Origin: an uncultured delta proteobacterium
GTDB taxonomy: Bacteria; Myxococcota; Myxococcia; SLRQ01
Length of the DNA: 64,000 bases
Assembly: GCA_963727485.1 (NCBI GenBank)
Contig: CAVSGM010000011.1
Coordinates: 640,001-704,000, forward strand
Direction: 5' to 3'
The position numbers were made by a program, and so were the translations under genes. Below, in pieces: positions 1 through 9,740 of the stretch. Numbering within the stretch: position 1 is the first letter of the stretch; the number at the start of each line of letters is the position of its first letter. The notes under the pieces are model-generated. The model was not told the DNA's origin. It ran no database searches and worked only from the letters and a program-made list of their open reading frames with translations.

Positions 1-3000
1 CGCTGACGCGTCGAAGTCGAGGGGTGGGATCACCGCGAGGTGCCCGCCGGGGAAGGGACGGAGGACGACCCCGAGCTCGGCGAGGTCGTCGAAGAGCTCC
101 TCGCCCCGGGCGCCGGCGTGGATCACCCGGTAGAGCCCGAGGCCGTGGACCTCGAGGCCCGCGGCGACGGCGGGCTCGAGGGCCCGGTCGAGCTCGGCCA
201 CCGCCGCCTCGAGGTCGAGGCGCCGCGCCGCCCGGAGCTGGTGGTGCTCGCGGACCAGCGACAGCTCGTCGCCGTCCCAGGTCGACACCATCGTCAAGGG
301 CTTCTCCACGAAGAACCCGTCGGACACGTGGAGGTACCCGGTCTGGGCGCCGCCCCACCAGCCGACGATGTCCGGCGCGAAGCCCGCGCTCCCGGCGAAG
401 GGCCCCACTCCGTTGCGGTAGGCGGCCGTGGTGGTCTCCATGAGCACCACCGGGATCCCCAGCGCCTCGCGGAGCGCCGCCAGCGCCGGCCAGAACGCCT
501 CGGGCACCACCCGCCCGGTGCGCTCCTGCACCGCCTCCAGGTAGAGCCCCAGCACCTTGTCGGGCCCCCCGGCCGCCGTCACCGCCGCGCGGATGGCCGC
601 CACCGTGGCCTCGACCCCGGCGACCGCCGGGTGGGGCACCCGCGGCCAGTCGAACCAGGGCGCGCCCTGGACGTGCACCGCCGGATCCGAGAGCGAGCGC
701 GCCGCCGCCGTGGTGTGCCCGAAGTAGCCGCCCTCGAGGCCGAGGGCCACCTGCCCTGCGGGCCGGTGGTAGCGCAGGATGCGCAGGGACTTGTCCGTGG
801 CCTCGTCCCGGCTCGAGGTGAGGTAGAGGTGCGGGTGCGCCGGCACCAGGGCCTGCACCCACTCCACCGCCCGGACGATGGCGGGCGTCACGTAGTTGCA
901 CAGGGTGATCTTGTTCACCGTGGGCCCGAAGAGGCGCCCCTCGGCGGCGGCCTCGCGCAGGTCCACCGGCGGCGTGGCGAAGGGCCGCGAGAGCCCCGAG
1001 GCGAGATCGAGGGTGGGCAGGGCCTCGCCGCCCCGGGGCGTCGGTACCGGCGCCGCCTCCACCCCGGGCGCCGGGGGCCCCAGGGGATCCGGAAGTACAG
1101 CGCCACTCCGTCGGGGCGCCCGTACTGCCCGTGGAGCACCGTGACCAGGTGCGCCCCGTAGCGCCGGTTCAGCCGCCGCATCGCCGGGGTGTGGCCCACC
1201 CGGTTGCGCCCGCTGGAGAAGCGGTAGCGCGGCGTGCCGTCCGGGCGCGTCATGGCCCGGGCGGCCTCGAGCTGCGCCTGCTTGAGGGCGTGCCCGAGCC
1301 CCAGCCCGTGGTAGTCCGGGTCCAGGGTGACCGTGCGCGAGTAGAGGGTGTTCTCCCGGCCGAGCATGGGGTCGGCGTCGGGGCCGGGGACGTCGCCGGC
1401 GAGCTCCAGGGGGATGCCCACCGCGAAGCCCACCATCCGCCAGTCGCCGCCGTCGCGGACCTCGGCGACCACCGGCACCCCCTCGGGGTGCTCGATGGCC
1501 TCCTGGAGACGCGCGGGGGGATCCTGCCGCGCCGGTTCGAAGACCCGGGCCTCGAGGTCCACCAGGGCCTGGAACGCCGCGGACCGCTCGGCGGGATCGA
1601 GGACGCGCACCCGGGTCTCGGGGCCCGTGCGCATCCCGGCCCGGGGCGGCGGATCCTCCCAGGCCGGCGGCGTCTCGCCGGGGTGGGCGTCGAGCCAGGT
1701 CAGCGACGCGTGGATCGCCACGAAGAGGGCGTCGACGTCGGCCTCGGTCCAGGTGGCGTTGAGGCGGTAGCGGGCGGTGCGGTCCCCGGCGGCGAAGACG
1801 ATGGCCCCCCGGTAGAAGCGCTGGGCGATGTACGCGCCCAGGTGGGCCGGCGAGGGGAGGTCGAAGGCCATCGCGAACCCCCGGCACCGGGGGCGCGTGA
1901 CCAGCCCGGGCCACCGCTCGGCGAGGTGGTCGAGGCGGGGCCGGACCATGGCCTCGACGATCTCCGCGTTCTCCGGCGTCGACGCCAGCTCGGCGTGGAG
2001 GCGCCCGCGGATGAGGGACGCCGCCTGGGTGGGCGTCGGCTCCGGGTCCTCGAAGCGGCTGACCACCACCCCCACCTGTGCCCGCTTGGCGAAGACCACC
2101 GCGTCGGGGTGGTCGGGGTTCCCGTCCCGGTCGGCCAGCCCGAAGCGGCTGTGCCAGGCGAAGGGACCGCCGAGGCCGAAGCCCGTCTGCACCTCGTCGA
2201 AGATGAGCGCGACCCGGTGTCGCCGGGTCAGGAGCCGGAGCGCCCGGAAGAAGCGCCCGGAGGCGTAGCGGTCGCCCCCCTCGCTCTGCATCGGCTCGAT
2301 GATGCACGCCAGGTATTCGCCGGTGGCAAGCGCCCGGTCCACCGCCAGCAGGCTCTGGATCTCCGTGGCCAGGAGCGCCGGGTCGCCGTCGGCGCCGTCG
2401 GGGGACGCGGGCCCGTAGCGGTCCGCGAGCTCGGCGAGGCGGCCCTCGGCCACCGCGTCGAGGAAGCCGTCGGGCTCCGCCGGCTCCCGGTCCATGGGCC
2501 GGGTCCACAGGGGGAAGGGCGCAAACGTCGCCTCGTAGCCCTCGAGCTCATACGGGCCCCGCTTCGCCGGGTTCGCCGTGGCGTGGAGCGGCAGGAGGGT
2601 GCGCCCGTGGAAGGCGCCCTCGAAGGCCAGCACCCTCCGGGCCGCCGCCGGGGCCTCCTGGCGGCACAGGGCCAGGGCCTTCTCGTTGGCCTCGGATCCG
2701 CCGCTGGCGAAGGTGACCTCCGGGAGCCCGGGCACCAGCCGGCGCAGGGTCTCGGCGAAGGCCCGGGCCTCGGGGCTGTCGGGATCGGCGGTGTCCGGGT
2801 TTGCGAGCGGCGTCTCCCCGAAGGCCCCCTCGAAGAAGGCGGCGACCACCGCGTCGGCGCCGAAGCCCGCGGGGAGGGTCGCCGTCTGGCTCATCCCGTC
2901 GAGGACCGAGAGGGGCCTGCGGTCGATGGACACGTACCAGGGCCCGTAGGACCGGAGGTGATCGAAGACCGCCGGCTTCTTCTCCCGGACGATCCCCGCG

Positions 3001-3185
3001 GCGTAGAGCCGCTCGAGCCAGGCCTCGCTCTCGGGGAGCCGGCCGCCCTCGGGGAGCCGCAGCCCCAGCGGCCGCGGGCGGTTCACCAGGTCGCGGCCGG
3101 CGTCGCGGCGCTCCTCGTCCCGGTGGCGGGCTTCGAGACGATCCAGGTCGGATCCGGGGAGGGGAGAAGGGGTGCTCTGCGCCAT
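1..3185 (-). CDS. Class-III PLP aminotransferase (L-lysine 6-transaminase-like) fused to a GNAT acetyltransferase and a second, degenerate aminotransferase domain; runs off the window start; one frameshift near 1080
   Basis: ATG at 3185 (MAQSTPSP) with GAGG upstream. Motifs [47 protein letters not shown] motif [10 protein letters not shown]. After a one-base slip in a homopolymer at ~1080, an open frame continues to position 1 ([28 protein letters not shown]). Confidence 0.8.
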
Positions 3186-3306
3186 GTCGACCTCGTGAAG
3201 GTGCCTGTAGGTAAACGCACGCTCAGCGGTCGAGTCAATTGATGCACTGCGCCGTGGCGGACCCGTGCGGTGGCCCGATCGGCGGCCCTGTTCTACGCTC
3301 GTGCGC

Positions 3307-4116
3307 ATGACGGAGCATGGGGAAAGAGACGTAAAGATCTGTCTCACCATCGCCGGCACCGACTCCGGGGGCGGCGCGGGGATCGCCGCCGACCTCGCGA
3401 CCTTCGCCGCCCACGGCTGCCATGGCACCCTGGCGGTCACCTGCGTCACCGCCCAGAGCACCCTCCGGGTCGCCGCCGTCCACCCCGTGCCCCCCGGGAT
3501 CGTCGCCGCCCAGATCGACGCGGTCCTCGAGGACCTCCCCGCCGACGCCGTCAAGACCGGGATGCTCTTCGACGCCGGGATCATCGAGGCGGTCGCCGAT
3601 CGCCTGGCGGCCCACGGCGCGGCGCACCTGGTGGTGGACCCGGTCATGGTCGCCTCCACCGGGGCCCGGCTCCTGGAGGCCTCGGCCGTGGCCCTCCTCC
3701 GAGATCGCCTCCTGCCCCTGGCGGAGGTGGTCACCCCGAACCTCCCGGAGACCGAGGCCCTCGCCGGGGGCCCGGTCGCCACCGAGGCCGATCGCCTCGA
3801 GGCGGCGAGGCGGATCCTGGAGCTGGGGCCCCGGTTCGTGGTGGTCAAGGGCGGCCACGGCGAGGGCCCGGCGGTGGACCTGGTGGTGGGCCGGGACGGC
3901 ACCACCGAGCGCCTCGAGGCCCCGCGCCTCGAGACCCGGGCCACCCACGGCACCGGGTGCACCTTCTCGGCGGCCCTCGCCGCCGGGCTCGCCCGGGGAC
4001 GCCCGGTGGCCGAGGCGGCGGCGGAGGCCAAGGCCTACGTCCACCGGGCCATGGAGACCGCCTTCCCCCTCGGCGGCGGCCCCGGGCCCCTGAACCACTT
4101 CCACCGGTGGGGGTGA
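3307..4116 (+). CDS. thiD: Hydroxymethylpyrimidine/phosphomethylpyrimidine kinase
   Basis: LTIAGTDSGGGAGIAADL, VKTGML, VVDPVMV, TPNLPE, VKGGH and THGTGCTFSAA motifs. Confidence 0.95.
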   Translation: MTEHGERDVKICLTIAGTDSGGGAGIAADLATFAAHGCHGTLAVTCVTAQSTLRVAAVHPVPPGIVAAQIDAVLEDLPADAVKTGMLFDAGIIEAVADRLAAHGAAHLVVDPVMVASTGARLLEASAVALLRDRLLPLAEVVTPNLPETEALAGGPVATEADRLEAARRILELGPRFVVVKGGHGEGPAVDLVVGRDGTTERLEAPRLETRATHGTGCTFSAALAAGLARGRPVAEAAAEAKAYVHRAMETAFPLGGGPGPLNHFHRWG

Positions 4117-4162
4117 CGGGGCGGTGGTGGGACGGCGCGCCTCGCGGTAGCATCGACGGTCG

Positions 4163-5524
4163 ATGCGACGACGAGGGCAGGGGGGACGACGGCAGACGGC
4201 GCTGGTGGCGCTCCTCGGCCTGGTGGCACTGGGGGCGGCCCCCTGCGGCGCCGAGAACGTCGACGCCCCCCCGGACCCCCCGGCGCCCAAGGCCACCTGC
4301 CCCTCGCCCCGGACCATCGCGCCCACCTTCTACAGCCTCCTCGACCAGGACGCCTTCGCGGGGCTGGCCGACGTGGTCCACCAGTCGCTGGCCGCCTGTA
4401 CCTACGGAGGCCAGGTGGTCAGCTGCACCGACCCCCGGGCCGAGCCGCCCCCGGCGGGGATCCTCCTCGGCGGGCTCCTCCACGACCTGGGGACCTTCGC
4501 CGACGACCCCCCCGAGGTGACCCCCGGCGCCCGCCCGGGGCAGACCGGCTACTGCGCCGGCCCGGGCGATCCCGTCCCCGACCCGCCCAACCGCCTCTGC
4601 CTCATCCGCCGGTCCCTCCACCGGCTCATCGCCCAGCGCGACCCGAACGGCAAGGTGGTCCTGGTCACCGCCTTCGACGATCTCCAGCCGCTGGTGGCCG
4701 GGATCCTCCGCTACACCGACGGCACCCTCCCCGGGGTCCAGGGCGATCACTACGCCGCGCTCCCGGCCCTGGGCCACGTCATCCGCCGCTGCGACGGCCC
4801 CGAGGTCACCGGCCTCCTCCACGGGGTGCTCACCTGGCTGAAGCCCCCCCACGGCCAGCAGGCCCTGGACGCGGTGGTCACCCTCCTGCGCAACCAGGAC
4901 CTGCAGGCGTTCCTGGGGAACGTCGACGTCCAGAACGACGTGGGGCGCGCCGGGTTCATCGCCCTGCTCAAGGCGGTCATCTCCGCCATCCTCCGGCCCG
5001 ACTTCAAGCCCTCGGACCTCGACGACCTGATGAACCAGATCGTCTACCCCTTCGTCCGGCAGAACTACCCCGACCACGGCCTGGAGGGGGACCTGAAGGC
5101 CGCGGTGGCGGTCCTCGACGGCGTCCTCGACCCGCAGCTCACCCCCAACGTCCTCCACCCGCTGCAGAACGTCCTCTCCTGCACCGAGACCGCCGACAGC
5201 CAGTCGGTGATCCTCGGCGCCGTCTACGACCTGCTCTTCCAGGCCAAGGTGGTCAGCCTCGACGACCTCCTCGACACCCTCTCGAGCCTCCTCGCCCTCG
5301 ACCCGGACGGAAGCCTGCTCCAGGCCGCCGACGTCCTCGACCAGACCGTGGCCTCGGACCCGGACACCCATGACGCCCTCGACCAGGTCCTGGAGGTGAT
5401 GCTCGAGGACCCCAACGCCAGAAAGGTGGTGCCGGTGATGGTCAAGCTCCTGGAGTCGGACGTGGTCAGCGAGGCGGTGGGCCTCGTGGACGTCCTCTTC
5501 GACGGGTGTGGTGGCGCCGGATGA
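4163..5524 (+). CDS. Exported or lipoprotein-like hypothetical protein, Leu/Asp-rich and probably helical
   Basis: Basic N-terminus plus hydrophobic stretch ending LGAAPC; host-like codon usage; ATGA overlap with the next gene. Confidence 0.7.
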   Translation: MRRRGQGGRRQTALVALLGLVALGAAPCGAENVDAPPDPPAPKATCPSPRTIAPTFYSLLDQDAFAGLADVVHQSLAACTYGGQVVSCTDPRAEPPPAGILLGGLLHDLGTFADDPPEVTPGARPGQTGYCAGPGDPVPDPPNRLCLIRRSLHRLIAQRDPNGKVVLVTAFDDLQPLVAGILRYTDGTLPGVQGDHYAALPALGHVIRRCDGPEVTGLLHGVLTWLKPPHGQQALDAVVTLLRNQDLQAFLGNVDVQNDVGRAGFIALLKAVISAILRPDFKPSDLDDLMNQIVYPFVRQNYPDHGLEGDLKAAVAVLDGVLDPQLTPNVLHPLQNVLSCTETADSQSVILGAVYDLLFQAKVVSLDDLLDTLSSLLALDPDGSLLQAADVLDQTVASDPDTHDALDQVLEVMLEDPNARKVVPVMVKLLESDVVSEAVGLVDVLFDGCGGAG

Positions 5525-6879
5525 GGCGCGCCCGGCGCCCTCTCCTCCCGCTCGCCCTGGCGGCGCTCCTCCCCGGGGCGGCGCTGGCGAGCCCCCTGAC
5601 CACCTACGGCTTCAACCCCCGGGCCCTGTCCATGGGCGGGGCCCAGACCGCGGCCGCCGACGACGCCACCGCCACCTTCTACAACCCGGCGCTGCTCACC
5701 CGGCAGACCCGGGTGACCTTCGGCTTCGGCATCGAGTACGTGCGCCCCGAGGTCTTCGTGAAGCCGGTGAACACCCGGTTCGCCAAGCAGAACCAGCCGA
5801 GGCTCCCCAGCGACTTCACCCAGTACACCCTGGGCATCCTCTTCCCGCTGGGGGGCAAGGTGAAGAACCGCATCGCCCTGGGCGTGGGGATCTCGCTGCC
5901 CGGGGGCTACGTCGTCCGCGCCCAGTCCGTGGACCCGGCCCAGCCCTACTTCTACGTGCTGTCCACCAGCGCCCAGAAGATCGAGATCCTCCCGGCGTTC
6001 GCGGTGAAGATCACCGACTGGCTCTCCGCCGGGGCCGGGCTCCAGGTCCTGGCGGACCTCGGGGGGATCACCAACGTGCAGCTCGACCTCTTCACCCACC
6101 AGGTGAAGCGCCGGGACATGCAGATCGACCTCACCACCCGGGAGGCGCTCACCGCCGGGCTGTCCTTCGGGCCCTTCAAGGGGCTGATGGTGGGGCTCTC
6201 CTTCCGCCAGGAGCTCGGCCTCGACTACACCGTCCCGGCGAACATCGACCTCACCGACGTGGGCTACCTCGACCTCACCCTCAAGGGCACGGCGGTGTGG
6301 TCGCCCCACGAGGTGAGCCTCGGCGCCGCCTGGGACATCCCCGGGGCGAACACCACGGTGAGCTTCGACATGACCTACGCCTTCTGGAGCCGGGCCCCGA
6401 GCCCCCAGGTGATGGTCCTCCTCGACACCGGCGGGCCGCTCCTCGACGGCTTCGGCCTCGGCCAGGCCTTCGACATGTGCTCGGAGCAGGAGAAGACCGA
6501 TCCCCAGGGCCGGCCGGTGTGCACCCCCATCCCCCCGGGCTTCGTCGACGCCCTCTCGCCCCACTTCGGGGTGGAGCACCGCCTCAACCAGCACGTGGTG
6601 ATCCGCGGGGGCTACTGGTACCGGCCCACGCCCATCCCCAACCAGGTGGGCCGCACCAACTACCTCGACGCCTCCACCCACCACGTGGCGGTGGGCGCCG
6701 GCTTCACCTTCCAGGACCCCCTCGACATCTTCGAGCGGCCGGTCACCTTCGACCTCGCGGCCCAGGCGAGCTTCCTCAACCCGAGGAACGTGGACAAGGG
6801 CTCCGACGGCACCGTGGACTACCGCTTCGGCGGGCAGGTCTACGAGGTCTCGGCGGCGGTGCGCTACCAGTTCAAGTAG
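5521..6879 (+). CDS. OmpP1/FadL family outer-membrane transporter
   Basis: Signal peptide; RALSMGGA...ADDATATFYNPA N-terminal signature; amphipathic beta strands; C-terminal YQF. Confidence 0.85.
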   Translation: MRRARRPLLPLALAALLPGAALASPLTTYGFNPRALSMGGAQTAAADDATATFYNPALLTRQTRVTFGFGIEYVRPEVFVKPVNTRFAKQNQPRLPSDFTQYTLGILFPLGGKVKNRIALGVGISLPGGYVVRAQSVDPAQPYFYVLSTSAQKIEILPAFAVKITDWLSAGAGLQVLADLGGITNVQLDLFTHQVKRRDMQIDLTTREALTAGLSFGPFKGLMVGLSFRQELGLDYTVPANIDLTDVGYLDLTLKGTAVWSPHEVSLGAAWDIPGANTTVSFDMTYAFWSRAPSPQVMVLLDTGGPLLDGFGLGQAFDMCSEQEKTDPQGRPVCTPIPPGFVDALSPHFGVEHRLNQHVVIRGGYWYRPTPIPNQVGRTNYLDASTHHVAVGAGFTFQDPLDIFERPVTFDLAAQASFLNPRNVDKGSDGTVDYRFGGQVYEVSAAVRYQFK

Positions 6880-6901
6880 GCCGCGGGGTAGCATCGGGCC
6901 G

Positions 6902-8689
6902 ATGCCGGTGCTCCTCGCCGTCGAGGGCCCCAACGCGGGCGTCCGCTACGTCTTCGACTTCGACGCCGAGGCCGGGCGCTCCTCGGCGTGCCGGATCCGC
7001 GTGGTCGACGAGCGGGTGAGCCGGCGCCACGCCCACTTCACCGTGGACGAGGGGGCGGTGCGGGTCTCGGACCTGGGGAGCCGGAACGGGACCTGGGTCA
7101 ACGGCGAGCGCCTCGCCTCGCCCATGACCCTGGCCCCGGGGGATCGGGTGCGGGTGGGGGCGACGCTGCTGGTGTTCGAGCCCACGTTGGACCTGGTGCC
7201 GGCGCGGTTCACCGGCGGGGCCCTGGTGGTGGACGACACCGCGGTGAGCCTCGACGAGGCGGCGGCGGAGACCCCCGCGGCGGTGGCGGCGATCCTCGAG
7301 CTCGCCGGGCGCCTCGCCGAGGCCGGTGACGAGGCGGCGGTCCTCACCGAGGCGGTGGCCTGGACCATGGGGGCGCTGGCCGCCGACGTGGCCTGCGTGG
7401 TCACCGCCGGGACCGGGGGCCGCTTCGCCGTCCCCGGGGCGGTGGCGGGGACCAGGCGGCTGGTGACCAGCCGGGCGCTGCTGGCCGCGGCCCTGGAGGC
7501 GGGCAAGCCGGTGCGCCGGGTGGTGACCCTCGCCCCGGGGGAGGACGACGACGGGGTCGACGGCGACGGGCGCCGGTCGGTCCTGGCGGTCCCGCTCCCG
7601 GGCGCCGGCCGGACCCTGGGCCTCCTCCACCTCGAGCGGCGCCTCGCCGGCCGGCGCCCCTTCGACGACCTCCACCAGCTCCGCCTCGCCGCCGCCGCCG
7701 GGGTGGTGGCCTCGGCCCTGGCCCGGGTCCGCTGCGCCGTTCCCGGGCCCGCCGCCGCCGCCGAGCTGGTGGGCGAGAGCCGGGCCTTCCGGGCCCTGCG
7801 CCGGGCCGCCGAGGCCGCGGCCCCCACCGAGGCCCCCCTCCTCCTCGACGGCGAGTCCGGCACCGGCCGCCACCACCTGGCCCGGTGGCTCCACCGGGCC
7901 TCGCCCCGGGCCGACGGGCCCTTCGTGCGCCTCCCCGCCGGGACCCTCCGGTCGGCCGACCTCGCCGCCGCCCTCTTCGGCGCCGAGACCGCCGACCCGG
8001 AGGGCGCCGAGCGGGTGGCGGTGGGCGCCCTGGAGCGCGCCGACGGCGGGACCCTCTACCTCTCGGACCTCGACCGGCTCCCCTCGCGGCTCCAGGCGCG
8101 CCTGGTCCGGGCGCTGGCCGACGGCAGCTTCACCCGGGAGGGCGGTCGCCAGACCGTCCCCGTGGCCGTGCGCCTGCTGGCCTCCCGGACCCGGGCCCGG
8201 GGTGGCCGGGTGGGCGAGGTCCAGCGGCCCCTGGCCCGGCAGGTCCTCCAGGTGCCCGCGCTGCCGGACCGGGAGGGGGACGTGGCCCTGCTCTTCGACC
8301 ACCTCGCCGAGCGCGCGGGCCGGCACCTCGCCCGGACGCCGCTCACCCTCGGCGCCGAGGGGCGCCGGGCGGCGGAGACCTGGACCTGGCCGGGGAACGT
8401 CGCCGAGCTCGAGCTGGTGGTGCGGCGCCTGGCGCGGATCCGGCCCCCGGGGGCGACCATCGGCCCCGGGGATCTCCCCGGCGCCCTGGGGGCGGTCCCC
8501 GGCGCCGGCCCGGCGACGACCCTCGGCGAGCGGGTGGCCGCCCTCGAGGCCGCGGAGATCACCCGGGTGCTCCGGGAGGAGGCCGGGCACAAGGCGAGGA
8601 CCGCCAGGCGCCTGGGGATCAGCCGGCCGACCCTCGACCGGAAGCTCGCCCTCTACGGGATCCCGGTGGCCCCGGCCCGGGGGGACTGA
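6902..8689 (+). CDS. FHA + GAF + degenerate sigma-54 activator AAA+ domain + Fis-type HTH regulator
   Basis: FHA motifs (GR, VSRRHA, DLGSRNGTWVNG); GESGTGR; ERADGGTLYL; WPGNVAEL; TARRLGISRPTLDRKL. Confidence 0.85.
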   Translation: MPVLLAVEGPNAGVRYVFDFDAEAGRSSACRIRVVDERVSRRHAHFTVDEGAVRVSDLGSRNGTWVNGERLASPMTLAPGDRVRVGATLLVFEPTLDLVPARFTGGALVVDDTAVSLDEAAAETPAAVAAILELAGRLAEAGDEAAVLTEAVAWTMGALAADVACVVTAGTGGRFAVPGAVAGTRRLVTSRALLAAALEAGKPVRRVVTLAPGEDDDGVDGDGRRSVLAVPLPGAGRTLGLLHLERRLAGRRPFDDLHQLRLAAAAGVVASALARVRCAVPGPAAAAELVGESRAFRALRRAAEAAAPTEAPLLLDGESGTGRHHLARWLHRASPRADGPFVRLPAGTLRSADLAAALFGAETADPEGAERVAVGALERADGGTLYLSDLDRLPSRLQARLVRALADGSFTREGGRQTVPVAVRLLASRTRARGGRVGEVQRPLARQVLQVPALPDREGDVALLFDHLAERAGRHLARTPLTLGAEGRRAAETWTWPGNVAELELVVRRLARIRPPGATIGPGDLPGALGAVPGAGPATTLGERVAALEAAEITRVLREEAGHKARTARRLGISRPTLDRKLALYGIPVAPARGD

Positions 8690-8786
8690 ACCCCGCGAAA
8701 TCCGGGGCCGGCGCACATCCGCGCACTTTCGCTGGAGGCGGATGGTCCGCCCTGGTATCCTCCGCGCCCCGACCGGGATCCCCATC

Positions 8787-9740
8787 ATGAGCGTCGCCGC
8801 CAAGCCCCCGATTCTCCTCGCCCCCGAGGTCCGAGAGGCGCTCCACAAGGAGCACCCGGTGGTCTGCCTCGAGTCCGCGGTGGTCACCCACGGCCTCCCG
8901 CACCCGGCCAACGCCCAGGCGGTGTGGCGGGCGGCGCGGGCGGTGCGCCAGGCCGGCGCCGTCTGCGCCACCGTCGGCGTCCTCGACGGCAAGGTGAAGG
9001 TCGGCCTCTCCGACGACGAGCTGCGCTACCTCGGCGGGGGCAACGCCGAGGTCCGGAAGCTCGGCGTCCGGGACCTCGCCACGGCCATGGTCCGGGGCCA
9101 GAGCGGCGGCACCACCGTGAGCGCCACCCTCTGGGTCGCCTCGCGGATCGGCGCCCGGGTGGTGGCCACCGGCGGCGTCGGCGGCGTCCACCGGGACGCC
9201 CCCTGGGACGTCAGCTCCGACCTCACCGTCCTCTCCCAGGCGCCGGTGGCCCTGGTCTCCGCGGGCCCCAAGGCCATCCTCGATCTGCGCGCCACCCTCG
9301 AGCGCCTCGAGACCCTGGCGGTGCCGGTGGTGGGCCTGGGGACCGACGAGCTCCCGGGCTTCTACTTCAACGACACCGGCATCCCCCTCGACGAGCGCTT
9401 CGACGACGAGGCCGACATCGCCCGGGTCTTCCGGGCCCACCGCGCCCTCGAGCGCAAGGGCGGGCTCCTGGTGACCTGCCCGGTCCCCGAGGCCGCGGCC
9501 CTCACCCGCGCCGAGGTCGAGCCGGTCATCGAGGAGGCCCTCGCCAACGCCCGGGCCGCCGGGGTGCGCGGCAAGGCCCTGACCCCCCGGCTCCTCGAGG
9601 CGCTGCGCGACGCCCTCGGCGAGCGGGTGCTGGCGGCAAACCTCGCCATCCTCGAGGCCAACGCCTCGGCGGCGGCGCGGCTCGCCATCCACACGGTCCG
9701 GGAGGTCCCCGGGACGCCACCGGGGCTGGAGGGCGCTTGA
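8787..9740 (+). CDS. psuG: Pseudouridine-5'-phosphate glycosidase
   Basis: VCLESAVVTHGLP, GGTTVSAT, ATGGVGGVHR, DVSSDL, AGPKAILD and GKALTP motifs. Confidence 0.9.
   Translation: MSVAAKPPILLAPEVREALHKEHPVVCLESAVVTHGLPHPANAQAVWRAARAVRQAGAVCATVGVLDGKVKVGLSDDELRYLGGGNAEVRKLGVRDLATAMVRGQSGGTTVSATLWVASRIGARVVATGGVGGVHRDAPWDVSSDLTVLSQAPVALVSAGPKAILDLRATLERLETLAVPVVGLGTDELPGFYFNDTGIPLDERFDDEADIARVFRAHRALERKGGLLVTCPVPEAAALTRAEVEPVIEEALANARAAGVRGKALTPRLLEALRDALGERVLAANLAILEANASAAARLAIHTVREVPGTPPGLEGA

Noticed and set aside
3186..3306. Possible TPP riboswitch upstream of thiD
   Set aside because: The short divergent intergenic region lacks the CUGAGA and downstream conserved elements on the thiD strand; a covariance search would settle it.
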